NCBI GenBank assembly: GCA_002500505.1
Contig: DLRM01000064.1
Coordinates: forward strand, 725-64,724
Length of the DNA stretch: 64,000 nucleotides
Source of the DNA: Planctomycetes bacterium UBA7888
Lineage (GTDB): Bacteria > Planctomycetota > UBA1135
Direction: 5' to 3'
The stretch's first letter is position 1; each line of letters begins with the position of its first letter. Shown here one piece after another: positions 58,519 to 64,000 of the stretch. The notes beneath the pieces are model-generated. The model saw nothing but the letters and a program-made list of their open reading frames with translations. It ran no database searches and had not been told where the DNA came from. The translations under genes were made by a program, and so were the position numbers.

Positions 58519-60889
58519 ACCCTAAAGTGAGGGAGCGTGCAAAAGAGTCAATGTCTCCAGCGCCCAAGCAGAGAAGGATATCCTCGCCTTGAACATGACT
58601 TTGGAGCCAAGTTGCAGCAATCGAGGCATCTTCGGCCACGAAGATGTCTCGCTTCCGCCGCGCTTGAAGGGGAGCTAGGAGTTCTCCCGTTTCTGGCCGC
58701 AAATCTTCAGGGTCACGGGCGCGGTAAAGCGGTAAAAGGACCAAGGCGTCGGCACGATCAAGGGCCTTGGAAAATTCAACCCTAAAACGGTCAAAACGCC
58801 GCGCTTGATGAGGTTGAAAAGCGACCACCAAGCGACGGCCTGGCCACATCTCCGAGGCGGCTTCCAAGGTGGCCGATACCTCAACAGGGTGGTGGGCGTA
58901 ATCGCTCACAACAGGAGCGCCATTGAGCGTTCCGAGTTCTTCCATACGACGGTCAGCACCCCTAAAAGAAGCTATTGCTTCGCAAACATGTTCCTCTGAA
59001 ATGCCATGAGCGAGAAGAGTGGTTCGAACCAAAGCGGCATTCAGACGATTGTGTCTCCCAGCAAGCCCGACTTTCCAATCCTTCGGCAGCTCTTCTGCGA
59101 GACACCACTGCGCTGGAGTTGAGTCAGACAAATCAGGGGCTTCAGGGCTCGCATAAACCACGCCATCAGCGGGCAGTTTGGACAAGAATATGCGAAAAGC
59201 TTCTTCCACCTCCGGATAACCGGTCGGGTAGGTGTCTGGGTGCTCGGCATCTACATTGGAAAGCGCAACCCATTTCGGAGAAAGTTTATGAAATGTACGA
59301 GCATACTCGCACGACTCCGCAACAAGAGGCTCCGAGGATGTTCCCCAGGAAGCCGACCCTCCTAACTGCGGCACGCCCCCACCTACCAAGAAGCCAGGGT
59401 CCCGACCCGCCAAACGTAGGCCATAAGCAATCCAAGCCGTAATGGTCGTCTTCCCATGCGACCCAGCAACCGCCAAGGTCGGGCGGAGGCGGGTCATCTC
59501 CCCCAAAAGTTCTGAATAGACCAATCCCCGGGCACCCGCTTCGCAGGCAGCACGGAACTGAGGGTCCGTCTCTGGAACGGCAACGGAACGAACCGCTAAG
59601 GAAACTTGGGGGGTTAGCTGCCCAACTCCCAACGGACGAAGGCCCGCTTTGATTAACGAATCGGAGTCGGAAAACGGTTTGGAATCCGCCCCCCAAACTT
59701 CCCAATCGTTTTCTAAAAGAAAACTTGCCAAGCCGCGCATGCCACACCCACCAGCACCCGCCAAGAAAGCCGTAGATTTTCCGCCTTGAGCCAATGCACT
59801 CAAGGTTCCTGGTTGGGCGGAAGAAATCCCAGCCAAATTCTCTAAAAGGGAAAGAGCGCGAGGGAGCCCATCCGGCGGCGCGTTGTCTTCCAAGGCAACA
59901 CGCATGGATGCCAAGCGTTCCTGGCTACCCAAAAGGTTGAGCAAATGTTGACCAGATTCAGCTCCAAGAGAATCCGTGATTACCGTTCCCTTGCCAAGCG
60001 CTTGTGCGTTGTGCTCCTGTTGACGATCCTTGTGCCACGGGTAAGGCACAATCATGGAAGGTACACGATGGAGCCAAAGCTCGGCAACCGTAGAAGCGCC
60101 ACCGCGACACAAAACAAAATCGGCAGCAGAGTAAGCGAGGCCCATCTCTTTGCAGTGATCGAGCACAACAGCAGGCAAGTCGGCTTCCTTCGCAGCTTTA
60201 CGTAACTTCTCGGCTTTGCCCGGACCACAAAGAGCCAAGAGCGCCACACTTCTCTGAGCAAGGGTTGCCGCATTTTCAGCAACAAAGTCATTGAGTTGTG
60301 CAGCACCTTGCGAGCCACCCATCAAGAGAAGAATGGTCGAGTCCTGTGGGAGACAAAAATGCTCACGTGCCTCGTGAGCAGAGACAGGCTGGAGCGAGTG
60401 ACGGCCTAAGGGCCCCACCCAAAGACCAGATTTCAAATGTTCGGCCGTGTCTTCGAATAAAGTCAGCGTGTGTTTTGCAAAGCCTTGCATGAGCCGAACA
60501 CCACGCCCCACGACCCGGTTGCCTTCTAATAAAACTAGCGGCGCGCCCAAGCGAGCAGAAAGAGCTGCGCACCCACAAAGGCCTCCAAGCCCAATCACAA
60601 CATCCGGTTGAAACTTCTTGCCATGGGTCCGAGCGCGGAAGAGAGCGGGAATTAGAGGGAGCGGGCGAGGCAAAGAGCTTTCATCTACCCCAAGGGAAGC
60701 GCATTCTCCCGCATGACAGAGGTAGTCTTCCTCAACCGATCGACCACTCGAGAGAAAGAAGGTCTTATGGCCGCGTTCCTGCAAACCTTCTGCTAGACCA
60801 AGTGCCGGGGTGAGGTGGCCACCAGTGCCTCCGCCCACGAACAGGAATCGTTTCTGCTCGACTGAGGGGATGTCGAAAGAGTTGCCCAA
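58451..60889 (-). CDS. murG-murC: Fusion protein: MurG glycosyltransferase (N) + MurC UDP-MurNAc--L-alanine ligase (C)
   Basis: One uninterrupted 812-aa ORF. aa 14-345 are MurG-like (FLFVGGGTGGHLTPALGLAEGL, LLLMGGSQGA, CRGGASTVAE). aa 372-812 are MurC-like (FLAGAGGCGMRGLASFLL...WGADS, AVAGSHGKTTIT, GAGDI). Confidence 0.85.
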   Translation of the reverse strand: MGNSFDIPSVEQKRFLFVGGGTGGHLTPALGLAEGLQERGHKTFFLSSGRSVEEDYLCHAGECASLGVDESSLPRPLPLIPALFRARTHGKKFQPDVVIGLGGLCGCAALSARLGAPLVLLEGNRVVGRGVRLMQGFAKHTLTLFEDTAEHLKSGLWVGPLGRHSLQPVSAHEAREHFCLPQDSTILLLMGGSQGAAQLNDFVAENAATLAQRSVALLALCGPGKAEKLRKAAKEADLPAVVLDHCKEMGLAYSAADFVLCRGGASTVAELWLHRVPSMIVPYPWHKDRQQEHNAQALGKGTVITDSLGAESGQHLLNLLGSQERLASMRVALEDNAPPDGLPRALSLLENLAGISSAQPGTLSALAQGGKSTAFLAGAGGCGMRGLASFLLENDWEVWGADSKPFSDSDSLIKAGLRPLGVGQLTPQVSLAVRSVAVPETDPQFRAACEAGARGLVYSELLGEMTRLRPTLAVAGSHGKTTITAWIAYGLRLAGRDPGFLVGGGVPQLGGSASWGTSSEPLVAESCEYARTFHKLSPKWVALSNVDAEHPDTYPTGYPEVEEAFRIFLSKLPADGVVYASPEAPDLSDSTPAQWCLAEELPKDWKVGLAGRHNRLNAALVRTTLLAHGISEEHVCEAIASFRGADRRMEELGTLNGAPVVSDYAHHPVEVSATLEAASEMWPGRRLVVAFQPHQARRFDRFRVEFSKALDRADALVLLPLYRARDPEDLRPETGELLAPLQARRKRDIFVAEDASIAATWLQSHVQGEDILLCLGAGDIDSFARSLTLGYEREKNSGVRRTLRTETQGFSA

Positions 60890-60897
60890 GCCTTCGC

Positions 60898-61707
60898 TCA
60901 GGGTTTGGGGGGAATGCGAAGTTTTTGACCTACTCGGAGCTCGCGGGGATCCGAGATGTCATTCGCTTCAAGGATGCCTTCCCAAAGTTTGGCAGTGCCA
61001 TAAACCTTCTGGGAAATCTTTCCGGCTACATCGCCCGACTGAACGATATATGTGCGCCAACCATTCGAGTCGGGAAGGGAAACATTAGAATTCTGTTCCG
61101 CGCCTTTCTTGTTGGTTTGCAGCTCTTCGGCAGAAGGAATCATAAGTTCCTGTCCCACACGAATACTTTTCGGATCTCGAATCCCATTTAGATTGGCAAT
61201 CTCAGTCCATCGAGCACTCGAGCCCAACTCCCGCGCGGCAATCTCTCCCAAGGTTTCGTATTCTCGCACACGGATTACCCTCCCCGTGCGCTCTACCTCG
61301 GTGTGATGAGGTGTGTCCACTAATTCCGGGCCCAAGTCCAAACTCCTAGCCGTCCCACCTGTCAAGTTCTTCAGGCTTGCCATAGCGGGGTCTGGCAAAT
61401 TGACCGTTGGCTTGGAAGCCACGGCGGACTCGGGAGTCCAAGACGTGGAGTCATTGATGCTACGTCCACCTCCACCGTTTAGTGGATGGTTCACCGGCTC
61501 AGCCGCAAAGCGCGCCGAATCTACGAAGAGGCGCCGTTGAGCAGGCGCAAGGAGTTCCACCGATGGAAGCTCTCCCGGTTGAAGGACCACTTCATCAGGG
61601 GTCGCTTCATCAGGTTGAACTTTACGGGGGCCGACAAGAATGCCAGCGGCTCCCACTCCCAAAAGGAGGAGGAGACTGATTAAGCCAGAGCGTTGGATTC
61701 GGTCCAC
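60898..61707 (-). CDS. Membrane-anchored protein with two C-terminal LysM domains
   Basis: N-terminal TM segment LISLLLLLGVGAAGILVG. LysM 1 is IRVREYETLGEIAARELGSSARWTEIANLNGIRDPKSIRVGQELMIP. LysM 2 is YIVQSGDVAGKISQKVYGTAKLWEGILEANDISDPRELRVGQKLRIP. Confidence 0.75.
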   Translation of the reverse strand: MDRIQRSGLISLLLLLGVGAAGILVGPRKVQPDEATPDEVVLQPGELPSVELLAPAQRRLFVDSARFAAEPVNHPLNGGGGRSINDSTSWTPESAVASKPTVNLPDPAMASLKNLTGGTARSLDLGPELVDTPHHTEVERTGRVIRVREYETLGEIAARELGSSARWTEIANLNGIRDPKSIRVGQELMIPSAEELQTNKKGAEQNSNVSLPDSNGWRTYIVQSGDVAGKISQKVYGTAKLWEGILEANDISDPRELRVGQKLRIPPKP

Positions 61708-62828
61708 TGGATGAGTTCGGAAACGGGTACTTTGGAGCGTCGCCTTTCAAGGGCCGCGCGAACAGCAAGGCCAAGAAGGGCAGACAGTGAGATGATGGAG
61801 GAACCTCCGCGACTTACAAAGGGTAACGGAAGACCCTTAGGCGGAACAAGTCCTGTCACGACGGCCATGTTGAGGGCGGCCTGCATGGAAACCATCAAAA
61901 CGGCGGCGGCCATCAAAATCGCGCCGTAGCGGCACTCTGCACGGCGAGCGGCGCGCAGACCAAAGAGGGTAAAGCAAACAAAAAGGGCCCATACGAGCCC
62001 TGTGCCAACGAGTCCCCACTCTTCAGCAATCAAAGCAAGGATGTAATCGGTATCGCCTTCGGGAACATGACCGTTCTTCATCACGCCAAGCCCGGGGCCG
62101 ACTCCGGTGAGGCCCCCTGCAGCAAAAGCTTCTTCAGCGTGTTGAGCTTGATAACCGGTCTCACCACCAAAGAAACTGGCGAGGCGGGCATCAACATGAT
62201 CAAAGAGGAATAACATCAATACCAGAGCTATCAAGAGAAGAGGGATGAGCTGCCGCAAAAAATTCAAAGGTGCACCAGAGAAAAAAAGCACCATTCCTGT
62301 TGCCCCAGCCAAAATCAAGATGGAACCGAAGTCAGGCTGAAGAAGCACGGGCAACATCAGAGCCGCAAATAAAAACATCAGTCGCCAAAGTTCTCTTGGC
62401 TGGCTCATCCGTAGCGGGTCCTTCGAAATCCATGACGCCAACAAAGCCGGCCAAAGGCATTGCAAGAACACCGAAGGTTGAAGCAACATAGGGCCAACCG
62501 AAACCCATCGCGTTGCTCCATGACTTTCATGCCCAAAGCCTGGGATCAGCTTCATCCCCAAAAGAACAAGCCAAACCAAAAAACAAAGGCCGGGAACAAT
62601 CTTCCTGAAACCTTCTACCGGTGCAGAAAACAAAACAAGAAAGGCACCTAAGCCAATCGCAAGGTGCAAACAATGGATTCCCATCTTTGCCCAAGCTTCG
62701 CCGGGAGGGGCGGCAGAAACTCCAGCAGCAAGCCCCATAAAGGCTAAAAGAGTCACGCATCCCAACATTGGAAGCAAGGCCGACTTCATAGCTTCTGTTG
62801 CCTTTACGGGTAAGTGAGCTTGGGTCAT
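61680..62828 (-). CDS. ftsW: SEDS-family peptidoglycan glycosyltransferase FtsW/RodA
   Basis: About 10 TM helices. QPDFGS, PEGDTDYILALIAEEWG and PPKGLPLPFVSRGGSS motifs. ATG 62828 overlaps the mraY stop (ATGA). Confidence 0.85.
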   Translation of the reverse strand: MTQAHLPVKATEAMKSALLPMLGCVTLLAFMGLAAGVSAAPPGEAWAKMGIHCLHLAIGLGAFLVLFSAPVEGFRKIVPGLCFLVWLVLLGMKLIPGFGHESHGATRWVSVGPMLLQPSVFLQCLWPALLASWISKDPLRMSQPRELWRLMFLFAALMLPVLLQPDFGSILILAGATGMVLFFSGAPLNFLRQLIPLLLIALVLMLFLFDHVDARLASFFGGETGYQAQHAEEAFAAGGLTGVGPGLGVMKNGHVPEGDTDYILALIAEEWGLVGTGLVWALFVCFTLFGLRAARRAECRYGAILMAAAVLMVSMQAALNMAVVTGLVPPKGLPLPFVSRGGSSIISLSALLGLAVRAALERRRSKVPVSELIQWTESNALA

Positions 62829-63961
62829 CGCACTTTCAAGAGGAGAAGTCCAATAGCTGCGGAAATCACACCACCAATCCAAAAGCGTGCCACAATTTTA
62901 GATTCACTCATCCCCTTCAATTCAAAAGCGTGATGAATTGGGGCCTTCCGGAACAGGCGCTTGCCACCCGAGACTTTGAAGTAGGTGATTTGGAGAAGGC
63001 TAGTGCTCACATCCAAAACAAAAACGCCAGCCAAGAGAGGGAGCACAAGTTCTTGCTTGGAAACCAGAGCCATGTACCCAATCATAGCACCCATCGGAAG
63101 GGAACCGCTGTCCCCCATAAATACTTCGGCTGGGTGACAGTTGTACCAAAGGAATCCAAGAGTTGCCCCAAGCATGGCCCCACCCATCACTGCAACTTCC
63201 CCCGCTCCTGGAATCATTGGAAGGTGTAAGTATTCCGCAAGGTCGGCGTGACTCACCGCATAAACCGCAATCGTAAGCGCAGAAAAAGCTATCAGAGCGG
63301 AGCCTGCCGCAAGCCCGTCCAGGCCATCTGTAACGTTGGCTGCATGACTCGTTGCCAAAATGACAAAGGATTCGAAGAGAACAAAAATACCAAACCCAAT
63401 CCAGCCATAGCTCTCGGTATTGGCCACTAAGTCTTTCAAAATCGGGAAGTAAATGCGGCCAATCTCAGGGCGACCCGTGCGCTCCCCCATCAGCCACAAC
63501 ATGCCCGCTACATATCCCGCCAAGAGAACGGTCGCAAACATTTTTGTCGAACGAGACAATCCGTTCCGGCCATCCTCACGTTTCCATTTCACCCAATCAT
63601 CGAAAAATCCCAAGGTTCCCATCCCGACCAACAGAACGGCACCCAGCAAAACTAAGAGTTCGGAGGGGTTCGCAAAAAGAAGGGTGCTCAGCAAAATCGC
63701 AGTTACCCAGAAGACGCCCCCCATTGTGGGGATTTCTGATTTGCCAAGAGCCTTGTGGCGCGCGGCAACTTCAGGGTCATCGTTCGCGCCAGAGTTTTCA
63801 TGAACACCAGCTTGGCTTAAAGCACGAATCACAGGTTTCCCGAGCAAGACCGCTACGAGAAAAGCAAAAGCTGCGGCCAACCCAATCCGGACCGTGATGT
63901 ATTGAAGAGCCTGCAAAGGACCCCAAAACTCACTCAGCCAAGGAACAATCCAAGTAATCAT
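62825..63961 (-). CDS. mraY: Phospho-N-acetylmuramoyl-pentapeptide transferase
   Basis: FFDDWVKW, NVTDGLDGLA, GDSGSLPMGA and HHAFELKG motifs. 378 aa polytopic membrane protein. Confidence 0.93.
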   Translation of the reverse strand: MITWIVPWLSEFWGPLQALQYITVRIGLAAAFAFLVAVLLGKPVIRALSQAGVHENSGANDDPEVAARHKALGKSEIPTMGGVFWVTAILLSTLLFANPSELLVLLGAVLLVGMGTLGFFDDWVKWKREDGRNGLSRSTKMFATVLLAGYVAGMLWLMGERTGRPEIGRIYFPILKDLVANTESYGWIGFGIFVLFESFVILATSHAANVTDGLDGLAAGSALIAFSALTIAVYAVSHADLAEYLHLPMIPGAGEVAVMGGAMLGATLGFLWYNCHPAEVFMGDSGSLPMGAMIGYMALVSKQELVLPLLAGVFVLDVSTSLLQITYFKVSGGKRLFRKAPIHHAFELKGMSESKIVARFWIGGVISAAIGLLLLKVR

Positions 63962-64000
63962 GCGAAGACCTCTTCAAGCGATTCCGCGCGGCTGGCTTTT
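63958..64000 (-). CDS. 3' end of an upstream CDS (partial; possibly murF by synteny)
   Basis: An open frame runs off the window edge (...KASRAESLEEVFA*). Its TGA overlaps the mraY ATG (ATGA). The identity is not supportable from 14 codons. Confidence 0.35.
   Translation of the reverse strand, partial: KASRAESLEEVFA

Noticed and set aside
1-64000. Mobile elements, CRISPR arrays, prophage or defence islands, including next to the two tRNA genes
   Set aside because: No integrase, transposase, recombinase, Cas, restriction, toxin or phage-like ORFs are present, and I noticed no direct or inverted repeat arrays. The tRNA flanks are occupied by housekeeping genes (rho/cstA, and the HAD hydrolase/lipoprotein).

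Overview
This is a compact chromosomal segment of a bacterium. I count about 52 supportable CDS, one partial CDS and 2 tRNA genes. There is almost no intergenic space, and many gene junctions are 1-7 nt start/stop overlaps (ATGA, GTGA, TAATG, TGATG), which I checked by eye. The content is mostly housekeeping. It includes smc, nrdR, mnmE, yidC, nadD, hisS, gluQ, guaB-guaA, rho, cstA, thrS and part of a dcw cell-wall cluster (mraY-ftsW-LysM-murG::murC-murB). It also carries a three-subunit molybdenum hydroxylase-family enzyme, a two-ORF PFOR-type 2-oxoacid:ferredoxin oxidoreductase, a GldA/F/G-like ABC-2 module, a Ser/Thr kinase with TPR repeats and several secreted or lipoprotein ORFans. The gene content loosely suggests a PVC-type lineage (Planctomycetota/Verrucomicrobiota-like): a TPR-kinase, a prenyltransferase-repeat protein, and a dcw cluster without ddl/ftsQAZ after murB. 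That placement is inference only. I saw no transposases, integrases, prophage genes, CRISPR arrays, rRNA or recognisable defence islands, so I do not claim a new multi-gene 'system'. Five items deserve a second look. (1) A tRNA with a tRNA-Pro scaffold whose anticodon reads CGA. (2) An hcrCAB-like Mo-enzyme whose FAD subunit carries a four-Cys insertion spaced like the [4Fe-4S] loop of 4-hydroxybenzoyl-CoA reductase. (3) A 558-aa tandem ATP-cone protein translationally coupled between nrdR and smc. (4) A MurG-MurC fusion. (5) A remodelled dcw cluster, with no murD, a LysM protein between ftsW and murG, and an alpha/beta-hydrolase coupled to murB. All functional calls rest on motif recognition by eye; no searches were run.
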